DNA from: a virus
Taxonomy: Duplodnaviria; Caudoviricetes
Direction: 5' to 3' (one strand)
Length of the DNA: 57,878 nucleotides
Virus record (IMG/VR): IMGVR_UViG_3300033149_000867
Location: 1 to 57,878 of that record
The first letter of the stretch is position 1. Each line of letters begins with the position of its first letter. The notes beneath the pieces were generated by a model that made no database searches, was not told the origin of the DNA, and worked only from the letters and a program-made list of their open reading frames with translations. Positions 18,569 through 28,025 of the stretch are shown in pieces. The position numbers and the translations under genes were made by a program.

Positions 18569-19014
18569 ACTAAAACCTCCTTATCATCATAAACCAAATT
18601 CACATAACCTTCATGAATAAAAACAGATATTTTAAGAGTTTTATTTCCAACCTCAATTTCCTTTGTGTTTCTCTTTCCACATGTTGTTATCAATCTCACA
18701 CCCAATTTGTTTTTAATCACATAGAAAACAAGAGAGCCAATAATTCTTGGTTCTCCCATAATACAAATCACATCATTCTCATCAATTTTATATTTCTTGA
18801 AAATTCTATCCCAATATTCATACGGGCTAATTATATCATTTTCATATATCACACCCTTAACATTGAGAATTGGATGTCTAATTTTCACAATATCGTTAAT
18901 CTTTCCTCTAATCTCTTCCAATTGTTCTTGATTAATTTCATGATTGCTAATCCAAAACAATCTATTAAATTTAGAATTTTCATCAAAAACTTTCCAAACT
19001 TCCTTTTTACTCAC
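18565..19014 (-). CDS. Csx20-like CARF-fold protein, candidate ring nuclease (anti type III CRISPR)
   Basis: SNHEINQEQ, ICIMGEP, TTCGKRNTKE, KISVFIHEGY resemble the Csx20 pattern as I recall it; GTG start 19014 after GGAGGTGG. Confidence 0.6.
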   Translation of the reverse strand: MSKKEVWKVFDENSKFNRLFWISNHEINQEQLEEIRGKINDIVKIRHPILNVKGVIYENDIISPYEYWDRIFKKYKIDENDVICIMGEPRIIGSLVFYVIKNKLGVRLITTCGKRNTKEIEVGNKTLKISVFIHEGYVNLVYDDKEVLV

Positions 19015-19048
19015 TTTCCCACCTCCTTTTTCCAAAGAAAAATCAAAT

Positions 19049-19732
19049 TCAAATAAACATGTAATTGTCATCGTCAAATTTACTGTTGTTATTTGTTTTA
19101 CCAATCCCATAAATATCATTCAAAGAAATTGCATTGTCCAACATATCATTCAAAATGAAATGAAGAAGACAAGTCATTGAATAAATTGCGACAATTCCAT
19201 GTTTATATTCAGTCTCATCTTTTGTAATTCTCTTTAAAAACCTATGAATTTTGTCCCTTACAATCGTGAAACATTTCAAATTTTCTTTATATTCGCTATC
19301 GTTAATCGTTATAACCAAATTTGAAACAAATCCAACAACAGCCTCAAATATATCTTCATTTACCAATGTTTCTGATGAATAATTTGTGTAAAATAGTTTG
19401 CCATGCATCATGTCATTTTTACATTTATAAATGCCCAACATTGAAATATCGCCAACCACATTAAAAGCACTTGTAATTCTCTTTAATCCAGCTTGTAATA
19501 TTATCATCGTTATTAGAAATCTAAATTTAAATTCGTTTTCATCCGTAATATTTTCGTCAAAAACATAAAGGGCAAAATCAGATGCAATTCCGTTATATGT
19601 TTTATATGAATTTCCAATTTTCATAACATCGTCCAAAACCCTTCTAATCGTTTCTTTATCAATTTCAACATATCGTTTTTTAATTGTTTCATAAATCAAA
19701 TCAATTGTCTGTTCTCTTTCATTCGTATTCAT
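19049..19732 (-). CDS. Hypothetical helical protein
   Basis: 227-aa ORF, ATGA overlap, SD GAGGTGA. Confidence 0.75.
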   Translation of the reverse strand: MNTNEREQTIDLIYETIKKRYVEIDKETIRRVLDDVMKIGNSYKTYNGIASDFALYVFDENITDENEFKFRFLITMIILQAGLKRITSAFNVVGDISMLGIYKCKNDMMHGKLFYTNYSSETLVNEDIFEAVVGFVSNLVITINDSEYKENLKCFTIVRDKIHRFLKRITKDETEYKHGIVAIYSMTCLLHFILNDMLDNAISLNDIYGIGKTNNNSKFDDDNYMFI

Positions 19733-19947
19733 TTACTCATCACCTCATTAACTTTTATGTTTAATTTGTATGAGTAATCCGTGATTTTTCCACCACTCAA
19801 TTCCTTAATACAATTTCTCAATTCTTTCATTTCAATTTTATCAACCTCATCAATGTGTAGAAATCTCAAAACATCTTCTTTATTTCCAATTGTAGTTTTT
19901 ACATAATGTGTTTCAATTATTTTATAGATGTAATATTTTTCACTCAT
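19729..19947 (-). CDS. Hypothetical protein
   Basis: Probable start MSEKYY within ORF 19729..20019. Confidence 0.6.
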   Translation of the reverse strand: MSEKYYIYKIIETHYVKTTIGNKEDVLRFLHIDEVDKIEMKELRNCIKELSGGKITDYSYKLNIKVNEVMSK

Positions 19948-20522
19948 AATTATCAAACCACCCTCTTTCTTCCAAAATCTCATATAATTTTTCACCATCG
20001 AATTCAAATTCTCTATCAACCCTCAATGCAATTCTCTTAATTTCATTTACCAACAGAGAATAATGGTTTAATATCAATTTGAATAATGGTTCTTCAACAT
20101 ATGAAAGTATTGCCTCAATTTTTTCATCATCGATATCATATTCATTTTGTAAAATTTTTCTTACGCTCTTAATAACATAATTTTTGAAATACAAAACGTT
20201 ATCGATAAACTCCTTTTTTTCACTCATTTTCATTGCCCTCCTCATTTTCTTTTTTATACATATTAATTGTTGTTTTCTTAACCGCATTTTTCAGTAAATT
20301 GTAATAGTAAAACAATATAGAAAGGATTTCTTCATCAAGGGTTTCGATAATTACATCAACAAATTCTTCATCAATTTCCTCATTTTCTTTCATTAATTCA
20401 TTTTTCGCTTCATCAAAGATATAATTTTTAATTGATAAAATATGATTAACTACCTCTTCCTTTATTTTTGTTTTCACCACAAAAACACCTCCTTTTTTAT
20501 CTTTCATCCGTCCAATTTCCAT
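19940..20522 (-). CDS. Two tandem paralogous small helical proteins (19940..20287 and 20220..20522)
   Basis: Shared K.E......L..KNY...ID.E....I.....E......Y.LL pattern. Confidence 0.65.
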
Positions 20523-20940
20523 AAAATTTACATTTATTGCTTTCCAATATCACTCGTAATGCACATTCGTTGTTTTCAAAATAATCGACACTCTTAATAT
20601 TTCTGTAAAAATACCAATCAACCTCACCATACTCTTCAATTTCTTTTATTTCCTTTTCACTCAAATCATCATATTCACCATATTCATAAAAACTATACAA
20701 AGTATATAACCAACAATTTCCGTTTTTTGAAATATCAATTTGTCTTTTCAAATCAACACACATAAAACAGTCAAATTCCCAATCATAAAAAATATATTCA
20801 AAAACCTTTCTTTGTGGAATTTCTCTGACAAATAACGGCATATCACAAATATATAATTTGTCTTTATGTCTAAATTCTATGACATCATTCAGCCCATATC
20901 TATAATAATCAATAACTTCTAACTCTTTCAAAAACGACAT
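20497..20940 (-). CDS. Hypothetical protein, paralog of 22681..23154
   Basis: Y.C.MPL, YDW, LKR.IDISK, EYGE.D.L shared. Confidence 0.8.
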   Translation of the reverse strand: MSFLKELEVIDYYRYGLNDVIEFRHKDKLYICDMPLFVREIPQRKVFEYIFYDWEFDCFMCVDLKRQIDISKNGNCWLYTLYSFYEYGEYDDLSEKEIKEIEEYGEVDWYFYRNIKSVDYFENNECALRVILESNKCKFYGNWTDER

Positions 20941-20981
20941 TTTAAACCCCTCCTTTCTTTTTCTTTTTTTTCGATAAAATT

Positions 20982-21034
20982 CGCCCTAATTATAAATATA
21001 TTCTATTCCACTTAATTAATTTGCCCTAATTATA
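20982..21034 (-). promoter_or_regulatory. Two copies of the TATAATTAGGGC(G) promoter motif
   Basis: 20982-20994 and 21023-21034, upstream of the 20940 start. Confidence 0.7.
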
Positions 21035-21046
21035 TAGAATTTAAAT

Positions 21047-21803
21047 TTAATTATCTGAATTTCCATTCTCATCCACCTTATAAATTTTACTTTCAATTGT
21101 TATCCTATTAATCTTATATTTATTATACAAATAATATATTGTTTTACCAAGTTCCGTCATAATCTTTCTCAAATGTTCTTGTTCAACCTCAAAAATTTCA
21201 TCATCATCATCGTCATCAGATAAAAATCCAATTGTAATATTTGGAAAGAATAAATCGAAATCTCTAATTCTTCCATTTTCATTTTCATAAATTGCATTAC
21301 AATGAATTCTTATCTTCATATTTTAACCTCCTCTAATCTCTTTTTGTAATATTTAATATCATCCTTAATATGCTCATACAATTTCGCATTATCTCTTTTA
21401 ACTTCATTTTCAAATTCAATAATTGCATTTAGAACTTTATCCTTAATTTCTGGATTATACATATCACAACCAATAAAACTTCCAATTCTAACACCATAAA
21501 CCGTAAATTCCTTTCTTTTATAATCGTTAATAACTTTGAACAAAAGAACTTTTCTTGCATCTAATCCATCATTATATAGAGGTTCAATTTTAATTAAAAG
21601 TCTGTATCTATTTTCTATCATAAATTATCACCACCTTTTATTAGTTCCAACATTAATTTCAATATATCACAAATTTCACTCAAATACACATATAAATCTG
21701 TGCTATCAATTGGATAGAGATGTTCAGCACCATAAAACAATTCATCTTCTAAATTTTTTAAACTTCTTTCAATTTCAATTATTGTTGAGTGATTTTCTTT
21801 CAC
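21047..21803 (-). CDS. Three small coupled hypothetical genes (21047..21319, 21316..21621, 21618..21803)
   Basis: ATGA overlaps and GGAGG/GGTGA SDs. Confidence 0.65.
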
Positions 21804-22220
21804 TTATAACCCCTCCCAAAAGAAATCCTTTTCCCAACCTTTTTCTTCATCATATACATTAATCAATCCAGCATGAATTCCTTTTGTGATTTCAACATTA
21901 TTTACTGCAATTATTAATTCACATTCACCATATCCGTCCATTCCTATCTTAAAAATCCCTTCAATATACAAATTAATTAGAGAAGAAATTGAATATTTGC
22001 CCATAAAATAAGTTCTATATAAATAGAATTCATCTAAATAATCCTAACTAACATAATTTATCTTTTCTCCATCTTCATCCTCTTCATATTCAATCCACTC
22101 ATATTCTTTTGACATATTGACATCATATATTAATTTAAATCTATCAATCATTTTATCCATCTTTTCTCTTAAAATATCACGAATATCATCAATATGGCAA
22201 TATTTTACATTGCCTCCCAT
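21804..22220 (-). CDS. Hypothetical protein with in-frame TAG at 22044-22046; paralog of 22205..22579
   Basis: ORFs 22044..22235 and 21804..22004 are the same frame, separated by one TAG and 13 sense codons; the intact neighbour aligns to both halves. Confidence 0.8.
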
Positions 22221-22579
22221 ACAAATTCCTCCCAACCATTTACATTATCATACCAATTCATTAGACAATAATCTTCATTAATACTATCACCATCTATTGT
22301 AATAACCAACCAACAATCACCATTACCATTTAAACGAATTGAAAACCAACCACCAACCCCAATATTCAAAACATCTGATTTAATCAACCCATCAACCTCA
22401 TATTCAACCTCATAATAACTTTCTGAAACATCACCATCATCATAGTAAAAATCTTCACATGTGGTTGTCCAACATTTCACATTAAATTTCTTTTCAAATT
22501 CTTTAATCATCTTTTCCATCATAATTTCCAATTTCTCATAAACTTCTTCTTTACTTAACTTATCAAACCTTTTAAACAT
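22205..22579 (-). CDS. Hypothetical protein (uninterrupted paralog of 21804..22220)
   Basis: M.KMI..F, F.I...G.G.C.L.I, N.YD...GWE..F.WE. Confidence 0.8.
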   Translation of the reverse strand: MFKRFDKLSKEEVYEKLEIMMEKMIKEFEKKFNVKCWTTTCEDFYYDDGDVSESYYEVEYEVDGLIKSDVLNIGVGGWFSIRLNGNGDCWLVITIDGDSINEDYCLMNWYDNVNGWEEFVWEAM

Positions 22580-22688
22580 TTATTTTACCTCCTTTTCTTT
22601 TTTTTTCAAAAAAATCACTTAATTTCTTTTGAATGTATTTTTTATTTCTTTCATCATCCGTAAGTTCAACAAAATAAATATCAACCAT
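22572..22688 (-). CDS. 38-aa PIP-box micropeptide
   Basis: MVDIYFVELTDDERNKKYIQKKLSDFF...; GAGGAG SD; paralog at 25548..25661. Confidence 0.65.
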   Translation of the reverse strand: MVDIYFVELTDDERNKKYIQKKLSDFFEKKRKGGKINV

Positions 22689-23154
22689 ACAACTCCTCAT
22701 ATTTCTCTCCATATTCCTCTTCAAATTTCTTACAATCTTCACTATCAAATAAAATTCCAAGTGCTTCATTATAATCAACATCGACATCAAAATCGACAAT
22801 CAATTCATAAAATTCAAAATCAACAACATATTTATCAATCATAATATCCGTCGTATAATCATCAAGCTCATCAATCTCACCATATTCTCTCATCGCATAA
22901 ATCGTATCAATCCAACTATACTTGAATTTTGAAATGTCAATTTTTCTTTTTAATTCGACAAAAATAAATTTATCTTCAATCCAATCATACATCAAATAGC
23001 TATATGTTTTCTTAATTCCTCGAATATCATACGAATTTTCGCCCAAATACAATGGCATTTCACAAACATAAACTTCACCACCATATCTGAACCAAATTTC
23101 ATCATAAATACTATTTCCATATGAACCATATTCCAAAACAACATTTTCAACCAT
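22681..23154 (-). CDS. Hypothetical protein, paralog of 20497..20940
   Basis: Shared motifs, see 20497..20940. Confidence 0.8.
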   Translation of the reverse strand: MVENVVLEYGSYGNSIYDEIWFRYGGEVYVCEMPLYLGENSYDIRGIKKTYSYLMYDWIEDKFIFVELKRKIDISKFKYSWIDTIYAMREYGEIDELDDYTTDIMIDKYVVDFEFYELIVDFDVDVDYNEALGILFDSEDCKKFEEEYGEKYEELYG

Positions 23155-23388
23155 TTAATTCTCCTCCATTTTCTCTTTCAAATATTCCTCCACATTTTTC
23201 TTATCAATCTTCACTTCAACAACGTTATTAATATTCTTGAATAAAACAGTTAATTGAAAAATAGAATAAAGTATTATTAGAATACCAACAAAAATAAATG
23301 GATGGTTCAAAACCAACCAAATCGATATTCCAAATGTAATAATTAGAAAAATAGAAGTATTTAACTTAACTTTTTTCACTTCATCCAT
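23155..23388 (-). CDS. Small two-TM membrane protein
   Basis: Two hydrophobic segments; GGAGG SD; promoter motif at 23423-23435. Confidence 0.75.
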   Translation of the reverse strand: MDEVKKVKLNTSIFLIITFGISIWLVLNHPFIFVGILIILYSIFQLTVLFKNINNVVEVKIDKKNVEEYLKEKMEEN

Positions 23389-23470
23389 CTTTTTTCCTCC
23401 TTTCTTTTTAACTTAAAAAATCCGCCCTAATTATATAGATACTATATACTACAAAATATATTATCTAATA

Positions 23471-24148
23471 TTATCCATGAACATAAATTTCTTTTAAATC
23501 AATTCTATGATATTTTAAAATATCCATCAATTCAGCATAAATATTTCTTATATTACTCCAATATAAAACATCATTAATTCTATCATTTATATCTTTAATA
23601 ACTTTATCCACATCATCAACGAAATAAACCTCATCATAATTTATCCTATTTTCATCCATAATTGCTTGGCATCTCATACTAAATTCCAATAAACAATCTG
23701 AATATCTATCTGCAATTTGATAATCTTCAAATACTTCATCAAATCTCATAAAATTAGGAACACATACATAATGAATATGATTATTGCTAAATCTCTGAAT
23801 ATAAATCATATCATATTTCGAATACAAATATTTTACATCAAATTTTATCAAATCCTCATAAGTCATCAAATATTCAATTTCACGGATAACCTCATCATCG
23901 GTTAATCTATCATAATATGTTTTATCACAACACACATAATTTTCCTTAAATATTGGAACACCACATTTATCACAAATTTTATATATTGAATTTTCTGGTT
24001 TATCATTCCCAAATCTCATATAAAATTCCTCTTCATTTATTCTAATAAACTCAACATATTTTTCATCATAACTTTCAAAATAAACTCTCAAAAATTCGAA
24101 TTTACCAATATTTTCTTTTATATAATCTAAATCAAATTCCATAGTCAT
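23471..24148 (-). CDS. Hypothetical protein with small Zn-binding motif (CDKCG...CCD)
   Basis: 225-aa ORF. Confidence 0.75.
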   Translation of the reverse strand: MTMEFDLDYIKENIGKFEFLRVYFESYDEKYVEFIRINEEEFYMRFGNDKPENSIYKICDKCGVPIFKENYVCCDKTYYDRLTDDEVIREIEYLMTYEDLIKFDVKYLYSKYDMIYIQRFSNNHIHYVCVPNFMRFDEVFEDYQIADRYSDCLLEFSMRCQAIMDENRINYDEVYFVDDVDKVIKDINDRINDVLYWSNIRNIYAELMDILKYHRIDLKEIYVHG

Positions 24149-24266
24149 CTTATCATCATCTCCTGTATTTTTCTTTTAATATTTTCAATTGGTGTAATAG
24201 TATCATTATTTTTATCCACAACATAATAACCAATTCTCTTAATTTTCCTTTTCTTATTGTTCTTCA

Positions 24267-25526
24267 TCAATCTATCACCTCATTTATTATATCGTTAATC
24301 TTTCTTTTCTTAATTACCATATCAAAATACAAATCCCTCATTTTATTTGACAATTCACGAATAATTTCATCAATTTTCTCATTAATTTCTTCATTATCAT
24401 AATTTTCCTTTTGGAATGCAAAGACAATATTTGAAATTTCATCCAAAACTTCAATCATATCTGCAATTCTATATGGAATATATTTTCTCAATTCTTTGTT
24501 AAATGTTGGTTCATTATATATTGTCTGTATTTCCTCACTTAATTTTGAACTTTCATTAACCATAATATTAAATTTAATTGTTTTTGAAATATGATTAATC
24601 ATTTTTATCACCATCCTTTATCAATGCATCCAATGTTTTATGATAATAATCTGTTCCAATATCCAAAACAATATTGTAAGCGTCTATTGAAATATCTCTC
24701 AAAATATCTGCAAATTTCATTTCAATCTCTTTTCTAATCTTTTCATCATCTATTTCATCCAATTCATCAATCATGTATGAAATTAGATTATCAATCACAT
24801 TAATCAGAAGTGTAATTTCCGTTGTAATTCTATAAAATGTTCTATACAAATCTGAATAATCATTTACCAATTCATCTATTTTAATGTGCCTTGTATTTCT
24901 CACATATTTAGAAATTCTTTCCAAAATTAATTTTTCAATAATTCCATAATTGTAATAATGTTCATCTTCACACTCATAATCCATGTAATCTCTAATATCA
25001 AATTTAGCTTTAATTTTCTTCTTATTCATTGTTAATCACCTCTTCACATCTTACTACAAAATCATGATGAGCATTAACCAAATCTGCTGTCAAACCCAAA
25101 TATATTGTTCCAATTTCTCTAAATTTTTCTTCAAACTCATAATAATCTTCAATTTCTTTGAGTTTATTAATTGCTTTATACATATATTCATTAATTGCAC
25201 TATTAATATCGTTAATTGTATCTATAACCAATTCAACCACAATATCATTGATAAATTCATCTACAATTTTTTTCTTTCTAATTTCTTCACTCATTCTCAT
25301 CATCCTCCTCATCTTTTCCATGAATATCCCAACATACTGGACAACCATATTTACCATATGAATTATTATATTTACAATATTGGCATTGTCTTGGAATTTC
25401 TCTCCCATCTTTGTAAAATCCACCAAAATTCTCAAAATATTCACAATCAAAATCTTCATCATATCCATCACATCTTGGACAAATATTTGAATTATTAATT
25501 TGATTTAGAGAAACAACACAACTCAC
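24267..25526 (-). CDS. Cluster of small helical or Cys-rich hypothetical genes (24267..24614, 24595..25029, 25022..~25294, 25287..25526)
   Basis: Coupled ORFs with SDs; 25287..25526 has CPRC, C, CQYC, CPVC. Confidence 0.6.
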
Positions 25527-25547
25527 TTTCTCACCTCTTAACTTTTA

Positions 25548-25661
25548 TTAAAAATCAAACCAATCATACAAATCAAATTGAATAAAATCCGTAATTTTCT
25601 TTTGAATATATTGTTTCTCATTATCACAATTTTCAACCTCAACAAAATACACATCAATCAT
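25548..25661 (-). CDS. 37-aa PIP-box-like micropeptide
   Basis: Manual: MIDVYFVEVENCDNEKQYIQKKITDFIQFDLYDWFDF; paralog of 22572..22688. Confidence 0.6.
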   Translation of the reverse strand: MIDVYFVEVENCDNEKQYIQKKITDFIQFDLYDWFDF

Positions 25662-25944
25662 CTTTATCATCTCCGTTCCCATTTTTCACAATTATATCTT
25701 TGAAATTATATGGCAAATTAATCTTATTTTCATTTTCATCTTCATCACCCAAAATAACACTATAAATTTCATCAAAAAATTCTTCCTTAATTTCGAATAA
25801 TTCCTCAAATGTTATGTTATCATAAATTTCTTGCTCTCTCAATTTATTTTCAAATGTTTCAAATAACCAATTAACCGCATCCTCAAATGTGTTAAAAATA
25901 TTTTGAATTCTGAATTTTTCAAGGTTAGTCATTTTATTTCTCAC
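25654..25944 (-). CDS. Hypothetical acidic protein
   Basis: ORF track; SD GAGGTGA. Confidence 0.7.
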   Translation of the reverse strand: MRNKMTNLEKFRIQNIFNTFEDAVNWLFETFENKLREQEIYDNITFEELFEIKEEFFDEIYSVILGDEDENENKINLPYNFKDIIVKNGNGDDKDD

Positions 25945-26213
25945 TTTCTCACCTCACTTTCAAAAAATTCAATATTAATCATCACCCAAATGTTATTATT
26001 TAATGAATTCCACACTTCAATTTCAAATCTAAATTTAGAATTTTCACCAAATAGCTAAATCCCATCCACAGTATGTTTATAATTTACAAATTTCATATTA
26101 TCTTTCAAATTTACATTAATTTCACTTTCAACAAATTTATTAATTTTTTCAAACCATTTATCATAATTTTCATCAAATTTACCTAAATTTATTAATTTTG
26201 AAAAGGAAGACAT
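25941..26213 (-). CDS. Hypothetical protein with in-frame TAG at 26055-26057
   Basis: GGAGGTGG SD, MSSFSK...TVDGI*LFGENSK...EVRK; final TGA forms a GTGA overlap with the next start. Confidence 0.7.
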
Positions 26214-26251
26214 TTATTTCAACCACCTCCAAAAAAAGTTTTTTAGAAAAT

Positions 26252-26325
26252 CGCCCTAATTATATTATAATCCATCCCATCATCTAATCAAAATTTCCGC
26301 CCTAATTATAATGTAATCCATCCCC
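26252..26325 (-). promoter_or_regulatory. Tandem ~28-bp units, each containing the TATAATTAGGGCG motif
   Basis: CGCCCTAATTATA-tta/atg-TAATCCATCCC at 26252 and 26298. Confidence 0.7.
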
Positions 26326-26620
26326 CAATCTATTTTCTAATATTCTCATTTCATCATATTATAAATGCCAGGCATTATCATATTCTAAATCAATTTTATT
26401 TTAATTGTAATTTTAATATATTTATTATTGAATAATCAAAAAATTTTATTATTTAATGTTAAAAATAATAGAGATATAATTAAATTATAAATGAAATAAG
26501 AAAAATAAAATTAAGTTATAGAAATAGTTAAAGTTAGATCTGATTTTAACCTTTTTTAGAAATAAGTTAAAAAAAGTTTATTAAATAGCTAAAAAAATAA
26601 TAATAGAAAATAAAATTAAT

Positions 26621-27010
26621 TTAAGCTTTATTTCTCTTTATTTCAAATGTCTTTCTATTAATCTTATTAATTTCGTATTGTGAATTATGCTTAATCGAAT
26701 AATAAACCAAATCTCTAACTATTTTCTTTGAATTCTTTAAATTATCTCTATCAATCTTAATATTAAGCTTAATATCAGAGTTTAGAAGGAAATTAAAAAC
26801 AATATCAACCAAATCAGATAATCTAATTGTGTTTATGTTGTGTTTCTCTTTAATAAAGTTAAATACCTTATCAATTATGAAGTTAATAGTATTAATATCA
26901 TCATCATTAAAGTTAACATTAATTTTCCTTTCGAATTTTTGATTAATAGCATTAATTAACAAATCATCATAATCAGAAAAATTTATTTGTGTTTCTTTAC
27001 TTTCAACCAT
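26621..27010 (-). CDS. Hypothetical protein, possible winged-helix DNA-binding protein
   Basis: ORF track; helix pattern ending in a beta-hairpin-like YEINKINRKTFEIKR. Confidence 0.6.
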   Translation of the reverse strand: MVESKETQINFSDYDDLLINAINQKFERKINVNFNDDDINTINFIIDKVFNFIKEKHNINTIRLSDLVDIVFNFLLNSDIKLNIKIDRDNLKNSKKIVRDLVYYSIKHNSQYEINKINRKTFEIKRNKA

Positions 27011-27120
27011 CTTTTAACACCCCTTAACCTTTTAAACTAAAATCCTAAACTAATATCAAAAAAATAAGCTTAAAATGGTTTTGAAATGTAAATAAAATAA
27101 AAAATAGAAATAAAATTAAT

Positions 27121-27471
27121 TTACTCTTTAAATTCACAAATCACATTCACCAATACATAATTTTTGTGTGTATAAGTTATTTTACACACATAAGGTTTAT
27201 TCAAAACTACATTTTTCATACTTATACAGTAATTAGGTTGTCTTTTAGCTATCAATACAACCTTATTATTCATTTTACTGATCTTTCTATCGTATAATCC
27301 CTCTGTAAATTTCAAAACTACATATTTCGATTGTGCATCATAAGGTTTTTGTTCATTCTTAATACACTCTATTATCTTATTTCTAATGTCCGTAATTCTC
27401 TTAATGTTCTCATCTACAACAATCCCATTAGGCATTTTAGTCTTTTCAACCATAAAATCACCACACACCAA
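27121..27471 (-). CDS. Hypothetical protein, possible TRAM-like beta-barrel C-terminus
   Basis: KVVLI...KPYVCKI...YVLV; own TATA promoter at 27484-27493. Confidence 0.55.
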   Translation of the reverse strand: MVCGDFMVEKTKMPNGIVVDENIKRITDIRNKIIECIKNEQKPYDAQSKYVVLKFTEGLYDRKISKMNNKVVLIAKRQPNYCISMKNVVLNKPYVCKITYTHKNYVLVNVICEFKE

Positions 27472-27803
27472 TAGGTATTATGAGTTTATAAACCTTTTGT
27501 AGAAAAGTTTATATATGATAACACCATTTTACACTTTTTTCATACTTTTTATTAAATTCCTGGGATTTTGTAATACTCCGTGTTATTTTTTCAACATACC
27601 GCACCCAAAAAGTGTTAAGTTTTGTTATTATAAATGTGAATTGATAAAAAGGTTAAAAATTCCTTGCAGTTTTTGATCCAGTTTTGATATGTTTAAAAAT
27701 AAGATCCAGTTTTTAACCATTCATTCTCATATTTTATATGAATATGTTTAAAAATAAATGTGTGTATTGTTGTATTGTTTAGAATAGTTAGGATAAAAAA
27801 AAA

Positions 27804-28025
27804 TTAAAGTGTTGTTAAGTGTGTTTCGAGTTTTCGAATAAAGCTTTCAAGAAATTTCCTCTGTTCTCTTGGTTTAACCAAGCTCAAAAGATATGCTAAA
27901 TAGAGTTCTAAACGTTCGTTTTCACTCATGTGCATCAATTCGTTTCTTGAAAACACCACACTTAACTCACTCTTAAAACTCATTCTTATGTTCTCTATTG
28001 CTTCACTCTTTTGCATCTGGATCAC
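27804..28025 (-). CDS. Small hypothetical protein
   Basis: AAAAAGTTTATAAAC BRE/TATA about 25 nt upstream. Confidence 0.6.
   Translation of the reverse strand: MIQMQKSEAIENIRMSFKSELSVVFSRNELMHMSENERLELYLAYLLSLVKPREQRKFLESFIRKLETHLTTL

Noticed and set aside
3266-25498. Numerous plus-strand ORFs rich in Phe/Ile/Ser in the early arm
   Set aside because: Antisense to coupled, SD-bearing minus-strand genes; composition typical of reverse-complement frames
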